A stretch of 63,113 nucleotides of DNA, the filler included, from Stramenopiles sp. TOSAG23-6 (Eukaryota), in NCBI GenBank assembly GCA_900128565.1. It is 8 parts of 8 records of this genome, joined end to end, with 100 filler letters (N's around TTAATTAATTAA, not from the genome) between each part and the next. Parts side by side here need not be neighbours in the genome. Positions count along the whole stretch, not along the records: positions 39,539 to 47,331 come from LT636517.1; positions 47,432 to 55,223 come from LT636518.1; positions 55,324 to 63,113 come from LT636519.1; 5 more parts are not named here. The stretch is one strand, 5' to 3'. The translations under genes and the position numbers were made by a program. The notes below the pieces were generated by a model. It ran no database searches and was not told where the DNA came from. It saw nothing but the letters and a program-made list of their open reading frames with translations. Below, piece after piece: positions 47,199 through 59,400 of this stretch; the stretch's first letter is position 1, and the number at the start of each line of letters is the position of its first letter.

Positions 47199-47508
47199 AT
47201 ACGCATGGGGTCTTTGACTTTGACCCGCGGTTGAGAGAGAGATTGGAGAAATTTATGACGTTTAAAATTTCGATAAATTTTATTTTTTCAAAAAAAAATC
47301 ATTTTTTTTTTCATAGTAAATTTTGTACCTANNNNNNNNNNNNNNNNNNNNNNNNNNNNNNNNNNNNNNNNNNNNTTAATTAATTAANNNNNNNNNNNNN
47401 NNNNNNNNNNNNNNNNNNNNNNNNNNNNNNNTTGTAAAATATGTTAGGTAGAACATTTCGTACGAAAAAAAAATCGATTTTTTTGTTTAAAAAAAAAATA
47501 AAACGTAC

Positions 47509-50394
47509 ATAGTGTTCATCGACGCGACGTCGTTTACGAACTTGTCGAGGAGCAGCTGAACCCCAAGATCTTGGTGGCCGATACATCTGTGAATTGTTAT
47601 TATTACGATTTTGTGAAAAATATTGTTGCCCACCCGAGTTATTTGATAGTCTAGGTCTTGTACCTTCTAATACACTCTTACCTAAATCTGCAATACTAAC
47701 TCCACGACCTAATCGTGGTTCTTTAATAAATTTATCTTGTGGTAGAAGAACTTCATCTGGTAGAATTGCACCTTCAAGAATTTCACATCGATGAGGTCTA
47801 AAACAATCTGGTTCAGGTGGTTGATCAAAATGTAACACAAACGCTTGATTCGATTGTACTGCATTGAAACGAGACCCAGGTGCGGAAAGACTATCTCCTT
47901 GTCCAGGCATATGTGGTGCAATATTAACAACACCATTAATACTCGCTCCATCACATCGTTGTACGTACACTTTTTGAGAGTGTTCACCTTCATTTGATGT
48001 GTCCTTAGATGAACTCAAAGAATCCTTTGTTGCCGCTAAAACAGCCGATGCAAGTGGATGATCATATCTAACATAAAGTAAATCATGACCACGCGTATTT
48101 CGTAATTTCTCGGCAGGTGAGAATTCTTGTATGACATCTTTCATTGCATCAAACAAACGTTTTTCATCAATAAATGGTAGTAAAACTACCCAAAGCCATT
48201 TATATTTGTGACCATTGGCATCTAATTGAAATTCTTTAGGATAAAAATCAATAATTGGAGAGCTTTCTGAAGCCATTAATGGCCAACACGGTTTTGGTAA
48301 CATATGTTTACTAGATTCAGGTTGAACACCCATCAATTGTGCTATTGGTGTAAATGGTTCAGATAATTCGAATTTGATCTTGAATTGATCTAAATTTAAA
48401 AGATCAGACGCACAAGGCGCGTAATGATATGGATAATACCATTTCCAAGATACACAACCCTTATAATAATACGCCAGTACCCAACATAACCCTTTTGTAA
48501 AATGTTCAACTACAGTGGTTGTAAAGCCAGGTTGTTTAGCCTGTTCACCAAACTTACTTAAATAGTATCTTCCCTTCCAACCACTAATTCCAAATTTGAC
48601 ATCATCTTTTATTGTATCATCTACATTATTATCATATATTAATTCTTTTAATTCTTTTTGGTACTCTTCAACTGAAACTGTTTTTTCTTTTGCATCTTTT
48701 GTATCTTTTGTATCTTTTGTATCGTTTATTTCATTGGTGACGTCACTTGATGATGATAATGATGATGATGATGGCGTATCTTTTATTTCATTTATGACGT
48801 CACTTGATGATGATTTATTTTTTTTCGATAATGTTGCCTTTAAAGCAGCAGCTGCAGCTTTATTTGATGTATTTGATGCAATACGTTGAGAACCACTCGT
48901 ATTATTAGGGTTAGGGTTCTGATTCATCTTTGTAGTAGATGTTGATTTTCTACCTAATGGAATAGCATCAATTTTATCACGGTCGTCGTTATGCTTATAA
49001 TGACAACGTTTACCTTTATCACAACGGCCACGTTGAAAATTTCTACACAGAGGATTCGTTGATTTCATTTTTGCAATTTCCTCTGGATTTCCATGCTTAA
49101 ACCGACATCGTTTTCCTCTAGTGCATTGCCCTTGTGCAAATGCCCTACACAGCTGTTCAGCTTGACGTGCCAATTTATCTGCTTCTTGGTTTCGTCTGAG
49201 ATACGTTTCCTCTTCAAATTCACCAATGACAGCAAGAATGACGTCAACACGAGACAAATTAACATCTCCACAATTTGTTAAATAACCACCAATCGCAGGT
49301 AATTTAGCACGATAAATATTCATTAATACACCAAGCGCACCCTCACGAATATCTAATGATGGTAAGTGTGGTAGAAAATCATTTCCTACAAAGAAACAAA
49401 GAAACACAAAGTCATCAACAATTCTTTCAAAATTATACACAAACGGAATTTGACCTTTTGCTTCCATTGCAGCAATGGCAGCGTTAGATGGAGGAACAAT
49501 GGCAGTTTCTAAATCTGCAAACTCAGCACGAAGATACTCACGTAAAATACTTATATGTAGAAACTGTAGAGGTTTGTCAAATAATAGATTATCGGCAACT
49601 TTTTCACCTTCTTTTCCTTTCGGCGTAAACACTTGTTCACGAAAAATGGTAAAATTAGCTTCATGAGTTGCTAACCCAAGCATTATCAAATCAGCATCCA
49701 AACCGTGTAGAATATGTTTTTCATTTGGGTTATACCCTGGTTGTGCGCGTTGTTGTCTTATATACTGCATAATTTTATGCTCTCCTTCTCCAGGGCATCG
49801 TGCATCAGATAAAACAATTTTGAGATGTTTCCAATTTGGATTATTTGTCAGTCTGTCATGACAATACCAACGAAGATGTTCTGAAAGTTTTGTCATAAAA
49901 ACTGTACCAGGAGTGATGACATTATGATCCCAAGAAGGCTTTTTTTTAGGAGGAACTTGCATACCGTTCTTTCGTAACTTATCACGAAGGTTATCTTCAA
50001 GCGCAACAACTTCATCACGCTCTTGAGCAGCACGGAATCGTCTACTTCTTTGCTGATTCATTTTCGCTCTTGGAGCTACACCGTCGACTGCCATGTACAA
50101 AAGTTTTCGAGGACGCGCGACAGCCAAAAGGCGGTCAATGTATTTACAAATGTTTTCGAACATTTCAGCCTCCGTCTCCGGGCGACGGCCAAGATCTTCA
50201 CCGTGAGAACAGTTATGCACAATTCCATTCATATCGAGATAAAGATTATCAAATTCCATTCCATTTGGATTTGGTTCATCTGTATTGATTGGAATCTCTT
50301 GACCGTCAATAACGACAGGTTTCTCTTCCACGGCAGATACGATAGACTTTGGATATTTTAGCATGAGCCATCGAAAGAATGCTGGAACTCCCAT
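47509..50394 (-). CDS. XRN2: 5'-3' exoribonuclease 2 (Rat1), 3'-incomplete
   Basis: MGVPAFFRWL..KYP, DNLYLDMNGIVH, PGEGEHKI, GNDFLPHLP, WYYPYHYAP. Confidence 0.92.
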
Positions 50395-50844
50395 CTAAAA
50401 GCTCCAAAAGTAATACCTCTCGTGCTTCGGCTTTAGCTTGTCGTTATATCGTCGTGACTTCGCTTGATCGATCGATCATGATCTGATTCTGATCGCTGAA
50501 TATTTTTCAAGGTTACGTACCTAGGGTTAGTGTTTGTGGTTAGTGTGTTCGGTTAGGGTTAGGGTTTGGTTGTCAAAATCTCAAATTCATCATCGATGTT
50601 CTGTGTCATCATCATGCAATGCATATGTTATTGTGTGTAACAAGAAGAGACGAAAGAAACGCCCAATTTATTTCAATATTATAGCAGTACACTATATAGT
50701 CATACACGACAACGCCCTGATAGAATCTCACTGTGTTTGTTCATGATCTAATAGAGTTAATTACACTAAAAAATAGGGTTTGTTTCACTCGGTGTAAACA
50801 AATAAACTACTCGAGGAAGAAAAGTTGTCGTCTTTTTTGTTACA

Positions 50845-53247
50845 ATGTCGGGTAAACCAATACATGTAGTCTTTAAGAATAGGGATTATACAGTACGCAG
50901 CAGTCGGAGCCAAAATGGTTGCATCAAATTCGAACCTATTGGGTCAAAAACCAATCAGAAAGTACAACCCATGACTTTTAGTTTGAATGCCATCCTCGCT
51001 ACAACTTGGGATAAGCCTACCCTACGTATGAATTTGCGGTTTTCAAAATTCTCCGATGTGCGTGGCAAGCGAGAAGACCACGAAATGACCTTAGAATTCA
51101 CCGTCAAAGACAATACTTCGGGTATAGACGCGCGTGTGAAAGCTTTACAAACGTGGATCGAGGAGAACCAACGGCGAAAGGAGGCTAAACCTACAGATAG
51201 AGAAATAAATTGGAGATTTTATGAGTTACAGAAAAATCCTGAAACTCAACGCCTTCATGAACAACTTGTATCAGGTTCTGCTTCCTCCGGGTTACCCAAA
51301 GGGATTCTTTCTGAAGAAGAATTTTGGTCATACCGCCAACTAGAACACAGCGATGATCGTCGGCTTCGTCGAACTCAAAAACGAGGCCTCTCGACGGCTT
51401 TTTTGTCCGACATGCGTCCTCAACTAACGTTAAAACGAGCAAAATATTCAATCACTGATGAAACACAGCAGCTTATTTTTGCTGAATATCCACAATTACG
51501 TTTAGAACACAAAAATGCGTTATATCGGAAACGGAAATTGAAGCGTAGCGCCGCAGAGGAAGAAGCAAAATTATCTGAGAGTCATGGCGGACCAAAATTT
51601 AACTCTCTTCGAGTTCAGAATGAAATTGAACGTAAAAGTGAATTATCAGAGGAAGAGAAAAAGGAGTGTTCTAAGGAATGGTGGGTGTCTTATTTCAAAA
51701 CACAGCATTGTAAATTATATGGCAAGGAGGATAATAAAGGACATAAGTTAATCAGCTCATGTTCTAAAGATACATCTCTGGATTTACGAACTATTTGTGC
51801 TCTTGCAGATGTCACTTCAACTGTGAATGAAACTCCACATTTCTTACAGCGTCGTAAATTAATAACTCTAGATAACAATGTGCTAGGTAACAGAGAACTA
51901 CGTCTCCAGAGAGAAGAAGAACAAGTCATTCGTAAAGTAAATCATCATAGCGCTGTTGTGTGCAAGGAAACATCATTAACAAATGAGGAAAATACTGCCC
52001 GCCAACTTGTATCCCATGCTGACATTGCACGGAGTCAAGCCATACGAACTCGAGATAAGCTTAGACAGTCAAATGAAAGATTCGTTTACATGTATAATAC
52101 GTTTAGGGCAGATCAAAAAGTTATTTTTGACGAACTTTCTCGTGAAAAAGAAAAATATACTGAATTGAAAACTAAATTGAGCACTTCTGATCATGTCCAT
52201 ATTCAAAAAAATTTAAATNATTCTACCCAGCGTATTGGAGTTTTAGATAGAGAATGTACAAAAATAGAAACGAAATTAGAAAGTCTTAAAAAAAAAGTAT
52301 ACTCGAATAAAAGGGATGCATTTCAATTAAGCGATGATATCAAAAAAAAAACACAACGTCTCAACGAATATCAAAATGGCCTCTTGCTGACGTCACTTCG
52401 GGAAGCTCGAAAAAGGTCGAATAAAAGATTGTATAAGTTAGCAACAATGGAGATTTCTTTGAATGAGTTATGTTCTAAGCGTAAACAAAACGAGATTGAA
52501 TTAAAGATAAACCAAAAGCATATTATGGTTCAATCTTTAGAGATGGCACGAAAAATTGGATCTAGTGTGGCTGGTCCTTTTCCACAAACTCTACATTCTT
52601 TAAATGGATCCTTAAAAAAACAAAATAGTAGACCCCAAAATGAAGTGTCAGAATCAGTAGATAAAGAGAAAGTAAAGATTACTTTTCCATTTCGAAATAT
52701 GAAAACGGACGCGATGCGTGCGACCATGAAACCTCATGGGGGCCCAAGTTTGCAGGTTGCTACTGATTTTGGTAAAGCAAACGGTCATTTTAATGGTCGA
52801 TGGATCTCTCAACGAAAAACACCAGTAACGTCTCAAGAATCGTTAAGTGGAGATGACTCTGGATCTGCTCAACAATATGAAAAGAATTTACTAAAAAGGC
52901 TCAAAGCAGCGTCGATTATGCTACAAGAAGTCATGAGGCATTTGTTGGGTCATGGGGGTGTTGGTCACAAGGTTAACCTCAAAAGGGTTAGAAGTTCGTT
53001 AGATAGTGTAGGTGGTGTTCCTTTGTATCATAGAATTGAACCTGTATTGAAGTTTTTACAAGCTGCGCAACAAAAAGAAAGAAATAATATACCTGTCAAA
53101 TATAGAAAGACCTTAGGTCTATTGTTGAAGCCTCTGGATTTACAAATTTCAGCTGCCCTAGAGTTGCTTGCAAAGGCAAAAATTGAAGTGGATGACTTTC
53201 TGAAAAATACACATAACAGTGCTAGTCACAAGAATGGTGATAAATAA
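50845..53247 (+). CDS. GTF2H1: TFIIH p62/Tfb1-like subunit (PH-like and BSD domains)
   Basis: LQKNPETQRLHEQLV..ILSEEEFW..QKRGLSTAFL..QLIFAEYP. Confidence 0.7.
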   Translation: MSGKPIHVVFKNRDYTVRSSRSQNGCIKFEPIGSKTNQKVQPMTFSLNAILATTWDKPTLRMNLRFSKFSDVRGKREDHEMTLEFTVKDNTSGIDARVKALQTWIEENQRRKEAKPTDREINWRFYELQKNPETQRLHEQLVSGSASSGLPKGILSEEEFWSYRQLEHSDDRRLRRTQKRGLSTAFLSDMRPQLTLKRAKYSITDETQQLIFAEYPQLRLEHKNALYRKRKLKRSAAEEEAKLSESHGGPKFNSLRVQNEIERKSELSEEEKKECSKEWWVSYFKTQHCKLYGKEDNKGHKLISSCSKDTSLDLRTICALADVTSTVNETPHFLQRRKLITLDNNVLGNRELRLQREEEQVIRKVNHHSAVVCKETSLTNEENTARQLVSHADIARSQAIRTRDKLRQSNERFVYMYNTFRADQKVIFDELSREKEKYTELKTKLSTSDHVHIQKNLNXSTQRIGVLDRECTKIETKLESLKKKVYSNKRDAFQLSDDIKKKTQRLNEYQNGLLLTSLREARKRSNKRLYKLATMEISLNELCSKRKQNEIELKINQKHIMVQSLEMARKIGSSVAGPFPQTLHSLNGSLKKQNSRPQNEVSESVDKEKVKITFPFRNMKTDAMRATMKPHGGPSLQVATDFGKANGHFNGRWISQRKTPVTSQESLSGDDSGSAQQYEKNLLKRLKAASIMLQEVMRHLLGHGGVGHKVNLKRVRSSLDSVGGVPLYHRIEPVLKFLQAAQQKERNNIPVKYRKTLGLLLKPLDLQISAALELLAKAKIEVDDFLKNTHNSASHKNGDK

Positions 53248-53405
53248 AAATGTAATACAAAAACACTATAATTCCCTTTTTAATATTAAATTCTAACTCA
53301 AAGGAGAGGTACAAAACATTGAAGTTCAACTGGGGTGTTTTCTCTGTAGCTTACAAGATAGTCGTTGTCTTCTTTCCAGAATTACACACACACACACAGA
53401 AGACT

Positions 53406-53999
53406 TTACGCTCCAAACGTATTCTCTCCACTGTAAGTTATGTATAGAAAACCATCTTCGTCTTTTTGTTCTTCATAAATGGCTGACATGAGGGAAGCTG
53501 TAGGTGGTAATACATTGTCAATAAACACAAAGATGGCTTTTTCAGGTGGTAATTCTATCCGTTTGCGGATAACGTATACAAACTGACCAACAGTAAGATC
53601 GGCAGGGACAAGATATTTCTTTTTGTCGATGTCAGGAATATCCGTCCTCTCCGCTTTTTCACAAATAACAGGAATCCTATCAGGATACTTACTCCGAATT
53701 CTTGTTGCTTCGGCTTTGCGTTTGTCTATAATGTTAAAAATATTTCACAAAGAAAACAGTGAGTAATGGTTATATCATGTATTATAATAATGGTGCAGAA
53801 GGGATTATAAAAAGATTAAATCAATGGATTATCAATACGCACGGAAACAAACTCAATCCGTGTGTTGTATTGGTTGAATGGAGATGTAAGGAATCGAAAC
53901 TCAAACAAAAACACAGGATATCATCAAAAAAAAGTGATACATCATTCTACATTATGAATACTACCTACCAAAAGTATGTTCAGCTTTAAATTTACTCAT
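53406..53999 (-). CDS. ATG8: Autophagy protein ATG8; exons 53999-53969 and 53725-53406, canonical GT-AG intron
   Basis: [58 protein letters not shown]; absent from ORF track. Confidence 0.96.
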
Positions 54000-54353
54000 T
54001 TGTGGTAAAATATCTCTATCTAATGAATAACAGTAAATTGAATAAAGAGATCAACAGCTGGTTGAATTATTCAATTACACACAGAGCATCGGCGAAGAAA
54101 TTTCTGGGACGTTTCAAAAAGAGTCTCTTACGTACACGAAATTCGTCATCGGAGCGACACCTAGCCTAGGGTTAGGGTTTGATTCCGTTAGGGTTAGGGT
54201 TGTACAATATGGCCAGACCGTTACATCGTAGTACGAGTCAAAAACTATATGAACTTTTTTGATCTCGTAAGTATATCTATCTAAAAAGGGATATATAATT
54301 GATTATATCAACTTGAATCCGTTGTAAAGAGACTACATTCGAAATAGTATAAT

Positions 54354-55135
54354 ATGGCAGCAACAAATAAAGTCTTGAATGTATTCCAAAAGTACCAAAA
54401 GGCTCGTGTTGATTTTGCTCAAAGTGTTGCCGAGTTAGCAACTCGACCTCAAAATGTTGATCTTATGCAAAACGCTGGAGTTATGGGTTTGCTTCGCCCT
54501 TTGCTACTTGACAATGTCCCTTCTATCCAACAAACAGCATCACTGGCATTAGGACGGATGGCAAATTACAGTGAACAACTTGCACAGAGTGCTGTACGTA
54601 ATAATGTGCTACCAGATGTAGTAAAGTCTTTAAGTGGAAATAACAAATATCAACAAAAAGCTGCTGCATTTGTTTTACGCGCCGTTGCCCGACATTCGGC
54701 AGATTTAGCACAATTTGTGGTAGATGAAAACGCACTTCCACCTCTACGAAATTGTCTTGAGTCTATTGATCCTACTGTCAAAGAAGCTGCTGTTTGGTGT
54801 TATGATTATATTGCGCAACATAATGCAGAGCTGGCTAAAATTGTCGCAAATGAAGGCGTAATACCACTGATAGTTTTATGTCTGGAAGAACCGGAGCTAC
54901 CACTAAGACGTATCGCTGCATGTTGCCTTAGCGATCTTGTAAAACATGATGAGTACTTGGCACAAAAGGTTGTGGACACCAATGCTTTAAATGTGTTTAA
55001 ACTACTCCTCGAAGGAAACGACGGTCAGTTGAAGCGACAGGTATGTGCATGCCTTGCACAAATCGTAAAGCATAGCGACGCTCTTGCACAAAAAGTGATG
55101 GATGAAGGGATTTTACCAAGTGCGCTACAGTGTAT
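54354..55135 (+). CDS. SPAG6: Axonemal central-pair armadillo protein PF16/SPAG6, first exon
   Basis: VFQKYQKARVDFAQSVAELATRPQN..LLRPLLLDNVPSIQQTASLALGR. Confidence 0.93.
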
Positions 55136-55453
55136 GTATGTTTTATTTTTTTTTCAATTTCTAATTTATTTTTCGTACGAAATTTTGTACCTAACAAATT
55201 TAAGTTTTTTTTTTGAAATATTTNNNNNNNNNNNNNNNNNNNNNNNNNNNNNNNNNNNNNNNNNNNNTTAATTAATTAANNNNNNNNNNNNNNNNNNNNN
55301 NNNNNNNNNNNNNNNNNNNNNNNTTGTACCTAACAAATTTAAGTTTTTTTTTTTGAAATATTTTTCCAAAATACATGGATACGTGGTATTTTTGCAAGGA
55401 GGAAATTAGATAAAGTACTACACAAAAGACGTTATTTAATTTCAGGTAAAAAT

Positions 55454-56839
55454 ATGATTTCAGGTAAAAATATCTTATTTCATAAACGGCAAATGAAGTC
55501 AGCATCGAAAGAATCTAAATGTTTTAATCCTCAAAAGTTGAATCGACAGAGAAGACAGAAAAAAGCAATCGCATTGCGAATTCCACGAGCAGGAGATAAT
55601 AATGAAAATATCCCCAAAAGGAAAATAGATGATTCATCTAAACATGCCGCGATGTTTGTGAATAAAAAACTTGAGAAGTCAATGAAATGTGTTAAGACAC
55701 TTGAAAATTCAAATAGTGGAAAAAATGAAGAAAAAATTAAACGTCAGCAAAAAATAAAAATTCAACAGCCAAGTATACTCTATCCAGGTAAAGATTGTCT
55801 CAGACCTTCCACTGTACATTTAATGAATAAAACTAATGAGCATAATAGAAAGAATAGAAATAGTAAAAGACCTTCCACTGTACATTTAATGAATAAAACT
55901 AATGAGCATAACAGAAAGAATAGAAATAGTAAAAGACCTTCCACTGTACATTTAATGAATAGATCCAAGAGAACAGGTAGTAGCAAAGATAGGCAAAATC
56001 AATGTATTAGCTCTGATGGTAATGATCGATGGATTCCCTCATGGAGTACGTCGCGTTTTGGAGGTGGTTTTGTGCGAGAGACAAAACCTTTTGAAAAACG
56101 TAAGGCAATCAGAAGTAGGCCCAATACAATAATTAGAGCTCATGTTTGGGGAGAATCGGCAACTTCGAATGTACACAAGGATAAGTCTTTGGAGCAGAGT
56201 TCTACTAAGTCTTCAATACATACGAAAAGAACATCGGTCAAATCACCAAAACCAAAACCAAATAGGAAAATTCGAAATTCGAATTTTCGTGTAGATTCAA
56301 TTTCAAATTTACTAAATGCTAATCCTCAGGGTGTAGGCAGAAATAAATATATGAAATATGGTATTCTGAAACCGGTTCCTATTAAATATAGTGGGATTTT
56401 ACAAAGTGAAAAATACGAAGAAAAGTTAAAAGTTGAGCTACCAAAATTTCGTACAAAATGGAAGAATCGTAAAAAGTCGAATTATTCCATCCAACGACCC
56501 AAAAAAACTACAAAATTTGTTACAACAAATAAAACGAATTCAAAGAAAAATAGAGATTTTTTGCTCATGACATCAACCATGAGTCCATCTTGTCGTGGTA
56601 TTACGACGTATCCTGCACAAGGAATGCCACCTTCAAAACGATTATACGATGAAATGCGCAGAAGTGAATGGGAAAAATATGCACAAAATGCTGAAATTGA
56701 GGAATGGCAAAGAAGTGAAAAACACCGAATTCTCGTTTCCCACAGGAAAAATAAATTGAATGCAGAACAAGGAACTGATAATGAATGGAAAGCACAGAAT
56801 AATATAGAACGAATTATGAATGTTTGTAACCTCAAATAA
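55454..56839 (+). CDS. Hypothetical basic protein with 66-bp tandem repeat (55802-55960)
   Basis: 461-aa ORF; RPSTVHLMNKTNEHNRKNRNSK x2.4. Confidence 0.6.
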   Translation: MISGKNILFHKRQMKSASKESKCFNPQKLNRQRRQKKAIALRIPRAGDNNENIPKRKIDDSSKHAAMFVNKKLEKSMKCVKTLENSNSGKNEEKIKRQQKIKIQQPSILYPGKDCLRPSTVHLMNKTNEHNRKNRNSKRPSTVHLMNKTNEHNRKNRNSKRPSTVHLMNRSKRTGSSKDRQNQCISSDGNDRWIPSWSTSRFGGGFVRETKPFEKRKAIRSRPNTIIRAHVWGESATSNVHKDKSLEQSSTKSSIHTKRTSVKSPKPKPNRKIRNSNFRVDSISNLLNANPQGVGRNKYMKYGILKPVPIKYSGILQSEKYEEKLKVELPKFRTKWKNRKKSNYSIQRPKKTTKFVTTNKTNSKKNRDFLLMTSTMSPSCRGITTYPAQGMPPSKRLYDEMRRSEWEKYAQNAEIEEWQRSEKHRILVSHRKNKLNAEQGTDNEWKAQNNIERIMNVCNLK

Positions 56840-56881
56840 ATAGTATGAATTTATGAATTTATTTGATTACTTTGAGATGTC

Positions 56882-57898
56882 TCAAGCTTTTTTTTTTTTT
56901 GAAGTCCTTTTTGATTTTGTATTTGAACTTTTACGTTTTTTTGCGTTTTCCTTCTTTCCAGTATTCCGTTTGTTTTTGGTACTATTTGTTTTCTTTTTAT
57001 TTTTTGAAGTATACTTTGCTTCAAATGCATCCCATCCACCGCCATGAGATCGTTTAGCTTGATTCCCAAGTATCTTTGCACGTAATGCTGCCATAGGATC
57101 ATCTGAGGTGTCCTCCACCTGTTCATCCATTTCGACTTCTTCGCCATCTTCTTCATCCTCCTCCTCCTCTTCTTCTTCTTCGCCATCTTCATTTTCATCT
57201 TCGTTTTCATTTTCTTCGTCTTCAGGTGCAAGAAAGTCATCCAAGTCACTGCCTTCATCATCTTCTTCTTCTTCTTCTTCATCATCATCTACATCACTAT
57301 CGCAAACGTCAACTACATCTTTTAATTCTTCATCGACGGTACTAATACACGTCTTTGAGCGCTCGAACTCTGGTGTTGACTTTATAGAACCATCATTTAT
57401 AGCCTTTTCAAATATTTTAACAAAACGATCAATGTCTTCCACGCGACTGACAGGAATCCAATGAATTACGTTTGTGACGTCTCCACCATTCTTCCGGTAA
57501 AAAACAAGAAGCTCGGAAACCTCTTCAGGAGAACCACGGTATTCCTTTTCGAAGCGTTTAATATCGTCCCGTGTGAGTGCAGGAGCTGTCTTTCGGAAGT
57601 GCTCATACGCACTCCAAAATTCTCGAGAATCTTCGTCTGTGCAACCTGTTCGGTCATATAAGTCTCTTCTTTTGGGGTCACGGAGAATATCGTATGCATT
57701 TTTCAGAGTTTGGAATGATTGAGCTGCAGCTTTCTGATCCACTTCAGGCGACTTTACCTTGACCTTGTCAGGGTGAAGCACAAGGGCTAGCTTGAGATAT
57801 GCTTTACGAATCTGCGCGGCAGTTGAAGTCTTTTCTACACGCAGTAATTTATATGGACATCCCTTACTACCTTTGCTTTTCTTTGACGGCGAAGGCAT
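56882..57898 (-). CDS. J-domain protein, DNAJC9-like
   Basis: HPDK J-domain, EKEYRGSPEE, acidic tract, FEAKY C-terminal motif. Confidence 0.85.
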   Translation of the reverse strand: MPSPSKKSKGSKGCPYKLLRVEKTSTAAQIRKAYLKLALVLHPDKVKVKSPEVDQKAAAQSFQTLKNAYDILRDPKRRDLYDRTGCTDEDSREFWSAYEHFRKTAPALTRDDIKRFEKEYRGSPEEVSELLVFYRKNGGDVTNVIHWIPVSRVEDIDRFVKIFEKAINDGSIKSTPEFERSKTCISTVDEELKDVVDVCDSDVDDDEEEEEEDDEGSDLDDFLAPEDEENENEDENEDGEEEEEEEEDEEDGEEVEMDEQVEDTSDDPMAALRAKILGNQAKRSHGGGWDAFEAKYTSKNKKKTNSTKNKRNTGKKENAKKRKSSNTKSKRTSKKKKA

Positions 57899-58196
57899 GT
57901 TGAACTTCTATTCGAATAAATACTCTGATTGGATCTCCGATAATTGCTGTAAAGTTAAAACTTTGGAAAAATTTTAATGCTTTTGTTGCAACTTTTGTGT
58001 GCGAGACGACGATACTACTGTGTGTGTGTGCGAGTGATGGATCAAGAGTGATGGCTGTTTTTTTCCGATTTTTCGTGTTTTCAGGAACTCATAATGAACA
58101 GCAAAGAACCCTGGAGTAAAGAACCAGTAAAGAACAGGAATTACTTGCTTTCGCTTTCAAAGCATTCAGCATATACACCCTATTATATCATTCAAA

Positions 58197-58883
58197 ATGG
58201 AGAAAACAACATTCTTGTCAATACTTCTTTTAGTATTGACTACTGTACTTCAAACTGAATGTGCAACGTCTCATGCAAAACCTAATGATGTGCAAGAAAC
58301 AGAGATTGAAGACGTTTCTTTGGATGAAGTGGGACTAATGCCAGAACCAGAATACACGCCCGATGAGCCTCATACTACTACTCCATCTTTCGACAACTTG
58401 CCAACAGATATTCTTCAACAAATACTTGAAACTTTGTCTCTCAAAGATCTTTCGAATACTTCTCAAGTTTCAAGAAATTTTCGTGGTGCATCTCGTGAAG
58501 TAATGTCTCCTCAAAGAAAAGTTAAACGTAATACTTTAAATTACATTCGTAAGGTGTTGGACAACCAAAATTTAAAACGTTTACCCGAAGAAGTTTTTCT
58601 CAGACGTTTAGGTCAAGTTAATGAATTGTGTGTAAAGAACTTTGAAAGTAATGATGAATTTCAGGAGTACGAGAACGAGAACGTAACATCGATACCTTTC
58701 CCTGTTTTGGATAAAAGACTGTATCATGTTTATTATCGTAAAAATGCGACAACCGGAATAATCAAGGTATGTGTCAGAGAAAAAGGCAAAAATGGTGGGG
58801 GAGCAACAACGTGGGGGGAGATTGATGAAGGTGACATCGTCACAGATGAAAATATACACTCTCTACTTTTGAAAATGGAATAA
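58197..58883 (+). CDS. F-box protein with N-terminal signal peptide
   Basis: MEKTTFLSILLLVLTTVLQTECA leader; FDNLPTDILQQILETLSLKDLSNTSQVSRNF F-box. Confidence 0.8.
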   Translation: MEKTTFLSILLLVLTTVLQTECATSHAKPNDVQETEIEDVSLDEVGLMPEPEYTPDEPHTTTPSFDNLPTDILQQILETLSLKDLSNTSQVSRNFRGASREVMSPQRKVKRNTLNYIRKVLDNQNLKRLPEEVFLRRLGQVNELCVKNFESNDEFQEYENENVTSIPFPVLDKRLYHVYYRKNATTGIIKVCVREKGKNGGGATTWGEIDEGDIVTDENIHSLLLKME

Positions 58884-59400
58884 CACTCCAGATGAAAATG
58901 TACGCTCTCTACTTTGGAAAAGCAAACCAGTAAAACGATGATTTATTTTTCATAGTAAGAAAATCCATGAAATTTCAAATGTTTTGTGAATGAGAATTCG
59001 ATCCAACATTGCATAAAGTGCGCCAAACCATTGNTACAATCCAAGAAAAAAAGAGATTTTATTAAAGGGAATTGTAAAAATAAAGAAACCTTTTTTATAT
59101 CAATCATTATAATCCAATTTTATTTCGATTTTATCCGGTACGCTCTTTATACTATTAAATTTCACCTTCGTTGGCGGCTACTGCGAGTTTTTACCCGTCA
59201 GTTATAGTTTTTTGTCGTTTTGTTTTGTTGTTTCACTTCAATTTTGAATTATTTCAAAAATATTTTTGTAGAAAAAATTGCCAAAAAATGAGTTTTTACA
59301 TTGAATGTTTATTATACCATTTATTTAGTTCCAGGCTAGAGAAAATTCATTTTATTTACTCATACCACTACGTACTATCAAATCAAACTACCCAATCACA

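Noticed and set aside
7824-55323. TTAATTAATTAA palindromes in N runs at ~7.9-kb spacing
   Set aside because: Artificial concatenation linkers; genes across them are not neighbours
2310-58883. Alternative genetic code
   Set aside because: Conserved proteins translate fully with the standard code, and TAA, TAG and TGA all occur as terminators
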